A DNA stretch of 63,230 nt, counting the filler, from Welwitschia mirabilis (taxonomy: Eukaryota): the NCBI GenBank assembly GCA_051453625.1. It is 6 parts of one record of this genome, joined end to end, with 100 filler letters (N's around TTAATTAATTAA, not from the genome) between each part and the next. Parts side by side here need not be neighbours in the genome. Positions count along the whole stretch, not along the records: positions 22,588 to 33,128 come from JBOZIK010000001.1; positions 33,229 to 49,234 come from JBOZIK010000001.1; 4 more parts are not named here. One strand, given 5' to 3'. Made by a program: the position numbers and the translations under genes. Each line of letters starts with the position of its first letter. Position 1 is the first letter of the stretch. This document shows positions 26,062 through 38,822 of the stretch, in pieces. The notes under the pieces were generated by a model, which did not search any database, was not told the origin of the DNA, and was given only the letters and a program-made list of their open reading frames with translations.

Positions 26062-26135
26062 TTTCACCCTACTGAGAATCAAACTTTTAACCTTCTGTTT
26101 AATGGATGACCATCTTAACCATTACACCAATAGTT
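26062..26135 (-). other. tRNA-derived (SINE-head-like) Pol III cassette, decayed
   Basis: A-box TGGTGTAATGG (26119-26129) and B-box GTTTGATTCTC (26074-26084) at tRNA-like spacing, followed by a long T-run (26040-26058). Confidence 0.6.
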
Positions 26136-26199
26136 TATTGGTGATTATAATTGCAAAGGAAATATATATATGAAGTTTAAATAGTTAACGTCCAACAAG

Positions 26200-27790
26200 A
26201 ATCCCTATGTGGATCAACGTTATAGATGATCAAAAATACAAATAGGTAGTGGATTAATATAGCATGAGATGCACAAAGAACTCATAAAATGGCATAGGCA
26301 ACATAGGAAGAATCATAGAACCTTCATAACATCATAGACCAAGTTCACAGGTAATCAGCGGTGAACTCGTGATCACTGAGGAAATGCAAGAATGATGAGC
26401 AACTTAGGCATAGGCTAGTAGAGTGAAGATGGTAAGCAACAAGTAGCTAGATCTATAACACACATGGTGCAAAGTTACAGTAGCAGCTAGATCTATAATG
26501 TAACAGTAGGAGGAAAATGATACAAGAGCAAGAGGAAATGGTGCAGGAACAAGAGATAAAGAAAGAAGTAGGACCATGCGAAGGAGGAAGGTGCATAGAT
26601 GACAACAACAGAATGTGAGAAGCTCATAGAGAATAGAAATGGTGCACAAGTATGGCTAACTAAGCAAGAAAACACACAAAAAGGAAACATTGAGCTAGTA
26701 TAAATATCTAATGATGGGGATTAGGTAGCAAAGTGAGCTAATAGCAACAAGGAATAATGATTAGTAAAATGAAAGGAGGAGCTAGAAAATACTAGAACTA
26801 AAGGCCTTATTCCTTTAATAAGGCAATGTATGTAGGAGCTAACTACTTTGTTGTAGGACTAAGGGCATGGAATCAATAGCAAAGTAACTATAAGTAGGCA
26901 AGAGATAGAGCTAGGACGTAACACGGACATGGCAGAGAACATCCAAGCAGATGACACTCAATGATGGTAGTGATGATATCTGAGTGACAGCAAGAGGAGG
27001 CTTAAGTGGCAAATAACAAGCAGGTGCCTACAGGCAGAGCTAGCTATGGACTACTAGATAACATGATAAGGGTAGCTTTTTAATGATTAAACTAGGAGAA
27101 AGGTGTTCATACCCTAAAAACAATAAAGGGCCAAAGTAACAACAAATAGAAGTCAACTATAAGAAAAGTATCGGATCTCCATAGTAGGTAGCTGATGTGG
27201 CCAAAAAAAAAAAAAAATGAATCAACACAAGCAAACATAGATCTTATGTACCCAAGTAAAGTACAAAAGTCAAGCACTTCTTTAGCATCGACAATGATAT
27301 CGATGTTCTTGCTAAGAAATGGTTAAAAAATATCTCTCTTAGCACTTCAATCTCTGCTGTGTCATTTATTGCAAATGCATATTTCAAATAAAACTTGCAG
27401 ATCTCATACAAATGAAAGAAGTTAAAAAAAATACAAGAAGGAAAAAAAACTTAAAACTACAAAAGAAACTAAGAGATCCAAAGAAGATTGAATCATTCAA
27501 AACCATATCAGACATGCAAAGAAAATGCAAAGCATTTAAGACCATACAAGAGGAAATAAGAAGCACAAGTGCTCAAGGAGTTGCTAAGAAGCTCCAAGAA
27601 CCCTAACTTGGAAGCTCTAATACCACTTGTTAGGAAACAAAAATGCCCAAAAATAAAGAGCACAATATTTCCAAGTGAAAATTTTATTTCTCATCTCTTG
27701 TTATTCAATAAAGAGCTTGCTTAGATAAACAAGCACACCACTAAGGTTTTCATGTATCCTTAGGTATGGGACCATAGCATGTACTAGCCT
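26200..27790 (-). mobile_element. LTR end, tRNA-iMet PBS and apparently non-coding internal region of an LTR element
   Basis: PBS TGGTATTAGAGC at 27614-27625, 2 nt from the LTR terminus at 27628. The LTR is homologous to 1610-1764. No gag motif recognised downstream. Confidence 0.65.
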
Positions 27791-29874
27791 TAGCACTATC
27801 ATCATAAGAAACTTTTTATATGGATCTATAAGAATTTTAAGAATTCCCTAACAATCCATAATGAATATAAGAAATGGAAATATTTTCAAACTGAAGTTTG
27901 AAAATTAATTCTCCTCATTTATTCTTTAAGAATAATGTCTTGATCTAAAAAATCCTAGAGTTTATATAAACATAAATGCAAATCATAACCATTTTATTTT
28001 TAATTTTTGTTATTTTATTTAATTTCATGAACCTTTCTAGCTTATTAGAAATTTGTTTAAACAATGTTTAACTTTAAATCTTAGGAATAGGAATTAAAGG
28101 CATTTCTTTAGAAACATTCTTTCTATTAAGAATAAAAGACTTCCATTTTATAAGAGTTATTCTAAAAAAAATAAGGATGAACAAAAAGTACAATGATCAT
28201 GTCCTTAACATTTGAAAAGATGAGATGTAAAATCCATCACAGCAAAAAAAAATATTTTTAAATGTTTCTTTGTTAGCAAATTTTTTATCACGTTAGCTTT
28301 AGAGTTTATCTAGAAATGATCTTTCTCCAAATGAGATAAACTTTCCAATAAGGTTAAAGGCATATCTCTTCTTCGTTCATTAGGAAATTTATTTATTCAT
28401 AATAGTTACCAAAGAGCTCCATCTATAATAATGCCAAATACAAATCCATTATTATATTATCTTGAGTATTATTCATTAGGATTTCATTTGAATATGACAG
28501 TGGCTCCTTAGTATTTGTAACAATGCACTAATTAGACAAGTTGATAACTTACTATTTAAGCATGATTATAGTGTGCTCATCTAGGGTCAAATTCCTTATA
28601 TTGTTAATCACATTCTTGATACCCTTAATGAAGAAGTACTCAATCAAAGTTCCATTTCCTTCTTTCCTTCCATACACATCATTTTTTAAATCTTTTGTAT
28701 CGAATAAGATATCATAGTTTTGATAATGAGAAGATTTTATTTGGGATAGCTTTTTAAAGTCTTCTATATTTTAAGCATAAGGTAGGTTCATTAAGTAATA
28801 GATTTTATTAAAATCATAGAACTATTCCATCATTTGTCAAATAAGATCTATATTAAATTATACTCTTTTAATGGTGAAAAATATATAGTTTGAAAAGTAG
28901 AAATCTCAAGCTATACTTAATATATGGGAAAATGATTTGTAAAAATATGTCATTGTCTTGATTAATAACAAAAACATTCTTGATATTCATTACCTTTTAA
29001 TATTTTATGCTAGGAGTAAGTAATTACCCCAAGAATAAGCTACTTTTTCTTTTTTCTCTTCTTTTAAAAGAAACTAATTCATTAATGGTTTACAATTTCA
29101 TGAAGAAGGGAATTGCCCTACAATTCATGGAGAGAAACCACTAAATTAAATTTTATAAAGAGCCATACATTTATAAGAGTGTAGCCTAATTGAAAGAGAA
29201 GGAAAAGAGTACATGCCAACATCTACTTATGTTAAATGTCAAAAGCATGTTGGAGAATCTCCCATAATTATAAAGATTCTACAAATCAAAGAGGTAATGG
29301 ATATGAAACATGTACGGTAATTAAGATTAAATAATATAAGATGTTCTCTTAAAAAAGTAATTATAATATTCAAAATTTTTGATGTTAAATTTTTTATAAT
29401 ATTATTACCTTACATTAATTTATATCATATAATTAAGCTTAATGTAATGAAAGTATTAAATTTTAATATATGTTTAATCTATATCTTTATTTAATGATTT
29501 TATATATAAATGTTAAACAATATTTATAAATATAGTAAAATATTTAAATAAAATATAATACATAATAAATATATAATTATGTATATAAATCTTAGACCAC
29601 ATAAATAAGAAATGTAATATGTATAAACATAAGGAGGAGAATTAGGTTAAGAGTTTTAATTCAAGAGAAAACGAACTGGGTGGTAAGGAGGTGGTTGATA
29701 AAGGCATCATTATAATATCAACTAAAAGTGAGACTTTTAATTGAAGCTGACTTGTCTTTATGCGTGAGCAGTGGGGCAGGTGATTAGAAGCCAAAGCCTG
29801 CCAGCTTCAGAAGGCCAGCAGGGTACTATCAAGATGAGGAAGTGCAATTAAGATGGTGGAGGAAGAGAGTGTGG

Positions 29875-31960
29875 ATGGCGTTTTGCAAGATCTCCTCTTT
29901 GCTCCGCAGTTAGGGAGTCTTTTCTCTCTGTTTACCCTACTTCTCACAGACTTTCAAACAATGCTTTTTCTATGGAGGTACTGCAGCTGGCATTCGGGGA
30001 TGTCAATGCAATTTTCCTATGGCGTCTCACTGAGCGCTAGGCCTGTGCTCGCAGTGTCTGCACACCCTTAAAAGAATCTTCTGCTGTGATAATGGCCCCC
30101 TTCTCTGGCTTCCTCTTTCGGTGCTCACTTCTTCAGCATAATGCACCAGAAGGCCTTTCTCCCGTGTCCTCTTGAGCCTTGTTTAGTGTTTTCTCCCCCA
30201 CCATGTTGGGTGTTTTCCTTACCTCTCAAAGAGTGTTCTTATTCAAAGTTTTGTGAGTGCGTCCAGAAGATGCTTCTCAGAGCTTTGCTAACCATGTGGA
30301 AAATGNNNNNNNNNNNNNNNNNNNNNNNNNNNNNNNNNNNNNNNNNNNNNNNNNNNNNNNNNNNNNNNNNNNNNNNNNNNNNNNNNNNNNNNNNNNNNNN
30401 NNNNNNNNNNNNNNNNNNNNNNNNNNNNNNNNNNNNNNNNNNNNNNNNNNNNNNNNNNNNNNNNNNNNNNNNNNNNNNNNNNNNNNNNNNNNNNNNNNNN
30501 NNNNNNNNNNNNNNNNNNNNNNNNNNNNNNNNNNNNNNNNNNNNNNNNNNNNNNNNNNNNNNNNNNNNNNNNNNNNNNNNNNNNNNNNNNNNNNNNNNNN
30601 NNNNNNNNNNNNNNNNNNNNNNNNNNNNNNNNNNNNNNNNNNNNNNNNNNNNNNNNNNNNNNNNNNNNNNNNNNNNNNNNNNNNNNNNNNNNNNNNNNNN
30701 NNNNNNNNNNNNNNNNNNNNNNNNNNNNNNNNNNNNNNNNNNNNNNNNNNNNNNNNNNNNNNNNNNNNNNNNNNNNNNNNNNNNNNNNNNNNNNNNNNNN
30801 AATGATGGCTTTCAGATTCAAGTTTAAGTCTACATTGTTTCAGCTAGCAACCTGAGATTGACGGCATTTACTTCTCTGGTAATATAACTTTGAAATTCTC
30901 TGGCAGTGCTGACCTATGTACCAGGTGGGCAACTTGAGTCAGAAAGGAGGAGGTGGCATCATGACCCCAAGGGGAAGAAGGGAGGATGGGGCTGGTTTTT
31001 GGAAGGAGGTGTCCTTTTGCGAGCCGGGGGGCTCTGCATGGCTCGGGCGCATCCAACACTGAAAGCAACCGTATTCGAATAAAGAGGAAGCAGCAGATGG
31101 CGTTTTGGAGGGGCTTTTCTTTTGTTCGGCAGGGAGGGAGTCTTTTCTCTCAGTTTTTCTCCTACTTCTCGTCGATTTTTCAAAGAATGCTTTTACTATG
31201 GAGGCACTGCAGCTGGCATTCGGGGGTAATATCAACGCAATTTTCCCTATGGCGTCTTGGGAGCGCTTGGCCTGTGCTTGCAGTGTCTGCACATTACTTT
31301 GTTACAACTCAAAAAAAAAAAACAGAAGACATTACAGAATGGCTGCATTTTTCGCTTGCTCCAGCTTTCCACAGCGATTGGGTGTTTCTGACTTTGTTAT
31401 CCCAACGGAAACTGAATCTGATTCTCTTCTTCCACCCTTAGCTTTCTCCCCTGCGATCCAGAAAACTAATACTTTCGACTCTCACAGCTATATTTTCGGA
31501 AGACACTCTGCACAAATGGAATGTTGTGAGAGTCTCCTTTCGGATATCAGAAAGCTAATGACCGAGCGGATAATGATCTCGTCTTGAGAATTTGGAAAGA
31601 ATGGGAGACTGAGGGAAGTATCAGCAAAGGGGGCCCTTTCTCTGATTTCAGCGGAAGAGCTTTGGCTTTCAAGAACATGGAAGCCGCACAGAATGACATG
31701 AAATACAAAAGGCTATGCCGTNNNNNNNNNNNNNNNNNNNNNNNNNNNNNNNNNNNNNNNNNNNNNNNNNNNNNNNNNNNNNNNNNNNNNNNNNNNNNNN
31801 NNNNNNNNNNNNNNNNNNNNNGAGTTTTCTTATTCAAAGTTTTGTGAGTGCGTCAAGACGATGCTTCTCAGAGCTTTGCTAACCATGTGGAAAATGCTGT
31901 AGCCATTGATGATGTCACTGCATCATCCACATTCACAACTTTGATTGCTACCCCTTTCCA
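29875..31960 (-). pseudogene. Unidentified gene fragment 'A', present as three partial copies
   Basis: A GC-rich minus-strand frame that stays open if TGA/TAG are read as CGA/CAG: WKGVAIKVVNVDDAVTSSMATAFSTWLAKL*EAS...VQTLQAQAKRSQDAIGKIAL..ASCSASIVKAFFEKS. Family not recognised. Confidence 0.45.
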
Positions 31961-32990
31961 TTTCTCATTTCTAATCTTCTATGAATACTGCACACTACTC
32001 TATTACAACTCAAAAAAAATAATAAAGGACATTACAGAATGGCTGCGTCTTTCGCTTGCTTTAGCTTTCCCCAGCGATCAGGTGTTTCTGACTTCATTAT
32101 CCCAATGGAAACTGAATTTGATTCTCCTCTTCCACCCTCAGCTTTCTCCCCTGCGATTTAGAAAACTAATACTTTTGACTCTCATAGCTCTATTTTCAAA
32201 AGCCACTCTGCACAAATAGAACATTGTGAGAGTCTCATTTCGGATATCAGAAAGCTAATGACTGAGTTGATAATGATCTCGTCTTGAGAATTTGGAAAGA
32301 ATAGGAGACTGAAGGAAGTATCAGCAAAGGGAGCCCTTTCTTTGATTTCAGCGGAAGTGCTTTGGCTTTCATGCTGCTCTACCTTCACCGATATCCGGAC
32401 ATATCGCCTGACGTATTAATGAGATTCAGAGTAGAAGCCAGCGGTTCATGTCCTTGCTTTGTTATTATAGGGGCTGGAAGTGAAAAGAACATGGAAGCCG
32501 CATAGAATGACACGAAGTACAAAAGGCTATGCCGTCTCAGTCGAAGCCCAGGCCTTCTAAGGATGTTATAGATCAAGGAGATGTTCTTCAAATGTTTATT
32601 TGAATCCTAGAGAGTATGCCTTAAGCATTTATAACTTCTGTTACAGTGACTTTTTGAGTATTATGAGATTACGTTCTCCTGAGTTCATTGTCATAGACTA
32701 ATCCTTTCCCAGTTCATGACAAAGTAGAGAATAATGGGCTCTTCTGCACTTTAATTTGTCTTTACTTGATGATCTAGGGTTGCTAGTACACCTTCTCATT
32801 GATGGAGGACTTTCACACTACGTCTGATTGTAGCATCCGTAACAGCGAGGATTACCGTGCTTAGTAAGCCATGGACTCTCAAGTTAAGCAACGACATGTG
32901 AAGAGAAAGATTACAGATGCTGAATTCGACGTATGGGATTTTGAACGTGTATTGACGGAAATGAACGCCAAGTATGGGTTTCTCATTTTG
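31339..32990 (+). pseudogene. Unidentified gene fragment 'B' with a Ser/Ala-rich N-terminus, in two copies (ATG 31339 and 32039) plus a downstream exon
   Basis: Plant Kozak context acagaATGGCTGC. MAASFACSSFPQR... and, after a frameshift, LLYLHRYPDISPDVLMRFRVEASGSCPCFVIIGAG. An AT-rich intron-like gap ends at an AG at 32777, followed by GC*YTFSLMEDF...WDFERVLTEMNAKYG. Confidence 0.5.
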
Positions 32991-35909
32991 TTTGAGGAAC
33001 TCTGCAGGAGACATCGAATGATAGAAAATATTGCAAAAACTTTAATTTGTTTTTGTTGGATTTAATTCTGATTTTTCCGTTTTTATTTTCTGTTAATAGG
33101 AGTCTGTTATCAGTATTAATGGCTATTANNNNNNNNNNNNNNNNNNNNNNNNNNNNNNNNNNNNNNNNNNNNTTAATTAATTAANNNNNNNNNNNNNNNN
33201 NNNNNNNNNNNNNNNNNNNNNNNNNNNNATATTAAGTCCCCTTTGTAATAGCATGTATTCATGTGTAGGCCCAAGCATATGATATGATAAAGATTAAAAT
33301 AACTCAACTATAAAATTTAAAAGATTTCTATCCAATGACTTAGGCTAGAAAGCAATACACCTAAGTTTTCTAAGTGAGTCTTGTAATATAGATCATTCCA
33401 ATATTATGATAGATATCCATTAATAATAAAGTCTCCTTCATGGAAGTAATCCACATTATTTATTCTACTATGAATTAAATATANNNNNNNNNNNNNNNNN
33501 NNNNNNNNNNNNNNNNNNNNNNNNNNNNNNNNNNNNNNNNNNNNNNNNNNNNNNNNNNNNNNNNNNNNNNNNNNNNNNNNNNNNNNNNNNNNNNNNNNNN
33601 NNNNNNNNNNNNNNNNNNNNNNNNNNNNNNNNNNNNNNNNNNNNNNNNNNNNNNNNNNNNNNNNNNNNNNNNNNNNNNNNNNNNNNNNNNNNNNNNNNNN
33701 NNNNNNNNNNNNNNNNNNNNNNNNNNNNNNNNNNNNNNNNNNNNNNNNNNNNNNNNNNNNNNNNNNNNNNNNNNNNNNNNNNNNNNNNNNNNNNNNNNNN
33801 NNNNNNNNNNNNNNNNNNNNNNNNNNNNNNNNNNNNNNNNNNNNNNNNNNNNNNNNNNNNNNNNNNNNNNNNNNNNNNNNNNNNNNNNNNNNNNNNNNNN
33901 NNNNNNNNNNNNNNNNNNNNNNNNNNNNNNNNNNNNNNNNNNNNNNNNNNNNNNNNNNNNNNNNNNNNNNNNNNNNNNNNNNNNNNNNNNNNNNNNNNNN
34001 NNNNNNNNNNNNNNNNNNNNNNNNNNNNNNNNNNNNNNNNNNNNNNNNNNAACTTAATGTCCAATAAGGTCCACGCTAGCATTGATAGCCCTATTGACCT
34101 TAGCTATACTATCACCAAATTGTAAACTTCATAATCTCTAGTGAATAAAAAAAAATTTAAGTTGTGATGATGGTTCCTAGTATTAAATAAGCATTAGAAA
34201 GCCATTAGCTATTGCTGTGTGGCTGCAGATTACCTCAAGCAATAAGCATTAAGATTATTAAGAGGGCGTTTATATAGAAGAAAGTGTCTCTAGCTTAGCA
34301 AGAAGGAGGTGAATTTCTAATAGCATGCCAAGCCTTCAAATTCATAGACATGTAGAAAAGAAGGTAGACACATGCTAGCAAGTGATCCTTAGCTACTATG
34401 TGAGACGAAATAGTAATAGAAGGGAATAGCATTAAATGAAAAAAGTATTGAGTAATTAGAGGTTGTATATGCTGAGGATTTCATAGAGGGAAATGCACAA
34501 TTTGAAATATTTAGACGTATTTATGATCCCATGCATTAGACAAGCTAAATATCTAAAATGCATCGATTTTAGATAAAAGTAAAATTATTAGAAAGATGCA
34601 TCGCATATGCTTAGTAATGTTGGCTCTACATAGGATGTTAGCTAATAAAAAAATCCAATGCAGAGGTCAATCATAACAAGATTATTTCTTGTCCAAAAAC
34701 TGATTTCTCCAAATAATGCTTTTATCAATTAGGAAAGGTGCATAATTAATGGAAATCTTATATAGGCAATAAGGTCGATTAGTGGATTCTCAGTTGATAT
34801 AACACTATAACGGCAAGAAGATGAGAGGTGAGGGAGTTATANNNNNNNNNNNNNNNNNNNNNNNNNNNNNNNNNNNNNNNNNNNNNNNNNNNNNNNNNNN
34901 NNNNNNNNNNNNNNNNNNNNNNNNNNNNNNNNNNNNNNNNNTATGATGACAGTTCCTAGTATTAAATAAGTATTAGAAAGTCATTAGCTATCGCTGTGTA
35001 GCTGTAGATTACCTTAAGTAATGAACATCAACATTATTAAGAGGGCATTTATATAGAATGAATTGTCTCTAGCTTAGTGAGAAGGAGGTGGATTGCTAAC
35101 AGCATGCCAATTCTTCAAATTCATAGACACGCAGAAGAGGAGGTAGACACATGCTGGCAAGTGATCCTTAGCTGCTGTGTGAGACAAAATAGCAATAGAG
35201 GAAAAGAGCATTAAATGAAGAAAGTGTTAAGTAATTAGAGGTTGTATATGCTGAGGATTTTATAGAGGGAACTACATAGTCTAGAACTATTTAAACGTAT
35301 TTATGATCCAATGCATTAGATAAGATAAATACCTGAAATGCATAGATTTGACATACAAGTGGAATTATTAGAAAGATGCATCACATTTGCTTAGTAATGC
35401 TAGCTCTACATAGGATGTCAGCTAACAAAAAAATCCAATGCAGAGGTCAATCATAATAAGATTATTTCTTGTCCAAAAACAGATTTCTTCAAATAATGNN
35501 NNNNNNNNAAAAAGATGAGAGCTAAGTGACTTATATAAGCACTAAAATAATTATTGTGTGCTTTAAAGATCTTTGACTATTAGATTGTTATGCATTTTAA
35601 TCAATTTAAACATTGTTCATAGGAAAGACAAACGAGATATACCAAAAGAGAAGAGATTAAATGCATCACTAGAGAGAGGACACCAAAAAGATAGAGTTTA
35701 GTGTAAGATGAGATTTTCTTATTCCCTTATATGAGGAATAGACATGATGCGAGGTAGCATAAAGCTAATTTGATCACAAAGTGATTGATTGTAGCTCACA
35801 AATCGGCCAATATTGAAATGAAGACATTTAAGTGAAACAGATGTCCTTAATGCATAGAAACTAAGGCACTAAGTTTAATGGTATATAAAATGGAACATTT
35901 AACAGTAGA

Positions 35910-35980
35910 TGCTTAATGGTGTAATGGTTAAAGATGTTACAAGTTAAAGGAGAGTTTGTTGGTTTGACTCCCAATGGGCA
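35910..35980 (+). other. tRNA-like Pol III cassette inside the long repeat (copy 1)
   Basis: A-box TGGTGTAATGG (35917-35927), B-box GGTTTGACTCC (35961-35971), acceptor-like ends TGCTTAA/TGGGCA, and upstream TATATAAAA at 35882-35890. Confidence 0.65.
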
Positions 35981-38494
35981 ATGTTGGATCACTCTTTTAA
36001 TGCACGGCCTAGCAGTCCTTCAAACTCTTAGTATCTTAATGTCTTATGGACCACTCACCCTTCTTTCCTTTAAAATGCTCCCTTTCACCATTTAATGATT
36101 TATTAAAGTAATAATAAATAATTAAAAACAAATATCACCTATTAAACCTTTTCTTTTAATAGTATTTAAATAATTGACATTGCCTTTTAACATTTTAATG
36201 TTAATATAATTAAATAATTAATTAAGGACTAGTTCAAAATTAATTAAAATGGGTTTTGAACTTTATTGGGGATGAGGAAGAATCACATGTCCATTAAAAA
36301 AAATTTATTACAAATAAATAAATATAACATTCAAGATATTCGAGAAAATATCAACTTATCATGAAATCTACTAAGATTTTTAAATAGATTTATCCAAATA
36401 CAATATAAAAATACTACACTAATTTATGATAATTCAAGGAAGGTTCTTAAGAATTCATAAATTTTGAATTTAACATTCAATGCAATATTGCATAACACAT
36501 GGATAAATATCTAAGATTTTTAATAGATAATAGCTAGAAAATATGGTCTTAAATAATAAATTTTATTGCTAAATTTTAAGAAGGAGAATCATCATTCCAT
36601 AAATCATAGAATTCTAGAGTAAATTTAAAGTACTGCAAGCCACAACCTTATGAATAAATAGAGTCTATATCTATCACAATATCAATTAACAAATTAAATG
36701 TTCATGTATTCAGGTATTTAAGTCTAATAGATAAAAAGAGATACAATTAATCAGAAGGTTTCTCCACTAATATAAATCCAATGATCCTTCATGAACTCAT
36801 GCCACCTTAGCAATTAGACTTCAGATTTATCACCTATTACAAAAAAAGTATGGGATGAGAATTATGAAAATCTCATAGCCCCTAGTATGTCCTAGGAAAG
36901 AATAGGTAGTNNNNNNNNNNNNNNNNNNNNNNNNNNNNNNNNNNNNNNNNNNNNNNNNNNNNNNNNNNNNNNNNNNNNNNNNNNNNNNNNNNNNNNNNNN
37001 NNNNNNNNNNCAATTTTTCAATTTAACATTCAATGCAATATTGCATAATACATGGCTAAATACCTAAGATTTTTTAAAGATTTCATCAAATAATAGCTAG
37101 AAAATATGGTCTCAAATAACAAATTTTATTGCTAAATTTTAAGAAGGAAAATCAACATTCCATAAATCATAGAATTCTAGAGTAAATTTAAAGTACTATA
37201 AGCCACACACTTATGAATAAATAGAGTCTATCTCTCATCACAATAACAACTAACATATTAAATGTTCATGTATGTAGGTATTTAACTCCAATAAACAAAA
37301 AGAGATACAATTAATCAAAAGATTTTTCTATCAATATAGATCTAATGATCCTTCATGGACTCATGNNNNNNNNNNNNNNNNNNNNNNNNNNNNNNNNNNN
37401 NNNNNNNNNNNNNNNNNNNNNNNNNNNCTATCACAAAAAAAAGGTATGGAATAAGAACTGTGAAAATCTCATAGCCCCTAGTATGGCCCAGGTAAGAATA
37501 GGTAGTTTAGCAAGATTCTTCAAGGATTAAGACAGAAAGAAAAAATTAAGACTTTAAGAAATTCAATATATAACACAGATAATGAGCTCATGGTTATGAA
37601 TGAGAATATCAAATTTAATAATTATCTCAATCACTTCACTACCTTATTAGATTATCTATAAATCCCACTGCCTCATTCGATGATCTGTTNNNNNNNNNNN
37701 NNNNNNNNNNNNNNNNNNNNNNNNNNNNNNNNNNNNNNNNNNNNNNNNNNNNNNNNNNNNNNNNNNNNNNNNNNNNNNNNNNNNNNNNNNNNNNNNNNNN
37801 NNNNNNNNNNNNNNNNNNNNNNNNNNNNNNNNNNNNNNNNNNNNNNNNNNNNNNNNNNNNNNNNNNNNNNNNNNNNNNNNNNNNNNNNNNNNNNNNNNNN
37901 NNNNNNNNNNNNNNNNNNNNNNNNNNNNNNNNNNNNNNNNNNNNNNNNNNNNNNNNNNNNNNNNNNNNNNNNNNNNNNNNNNNNNNNNNNNNNNNNNNNN
38001 NNNNNNNNNNNTAAAGCAGATGACAAGATGAGTATGATAGGATTTAATCACAAATTTTCATCTCATACAAGAAGATAACTTTAAGATATTGAGGGAAGGT
38101 AAATGAAGATGAAATATGTGTCAACATGGAGCTTTTCTTAATCAAGCAACATAACCGACTTATAGGGATACATATCCATCAATCTCAATGAACAAATGAA
38201 TAAGAGAGGACCCTCAAGAAAATACAAGAAAATAAATCCATACATAAAGATAANNNNNNNNNNNNNNNNNNNNNNNNNNNNNNNNNNNNNNNNNNNNNNN
38301 NNNNNNNNNNNNNNNNNNNNNNNNNNNNNNNNNNNNNNNNNNNNNNNNNNNNNAAGAATACATAGTTTGATAAGAATCTTTAAGAATCAAGATAGAAAGA
38401 ACAAATTAAGACTTTAAGAAAATCAAAATATAATGTAGACACTATGCTTATGGTTATAAGCAAGAAAACTAAATATAATAAATATTTCACTCAC

Positions 38495-38822
38495 CTCACT
38501 ACCTCATTAGATGATCTGTAAATCCCATTGCCTCATTCAACAATCTATGGTTTTCATATAATATTTAAACTCACTACCTCATTTGGTGATCTATAGAGTT
38601 CGCTATGTCATTTGGTGATATATGGTACTAATAATATATATATAATCTTAATTAGCATTAACCTCATTAACTCATTCAGTGATTTATGAAGGCACTACCT
38701 CATTTGGTGATCTATGGTAATATAGTATCCCCATTACCTCATTCGATGATCTATGGGATTCTCTCTTTACTGATTTGTTTAGTGATCTATAAAGTCCACT
38801 ACCTCATTTAGTGATCTATGGA
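38495..38822 (+). repeat. Minisatellite, about 9 copies of CACTRCCTCRTTYGGYGATCTRTG
   Basis: Units at about 38495, 38523, 38570, 38599, 38662, 38691, 38728, 38765 and 38793, mostly in pairs separated by AT-rich spacers. Confidence 0.9.

Noticed and set aside
35910-35980. Functional tRNA gene
   Set aside because: The anticodon arm does not pair and the T-loop CG is mutated, so it was kept only as a tRNA-derived cassette.
38495-38822. CRISPR-like repeat-spacer array
   Set aside because: The repeats are degenerate, the spacers are irregular and AT-rich, there are no cas genes, and the array sits in a plant LTR.
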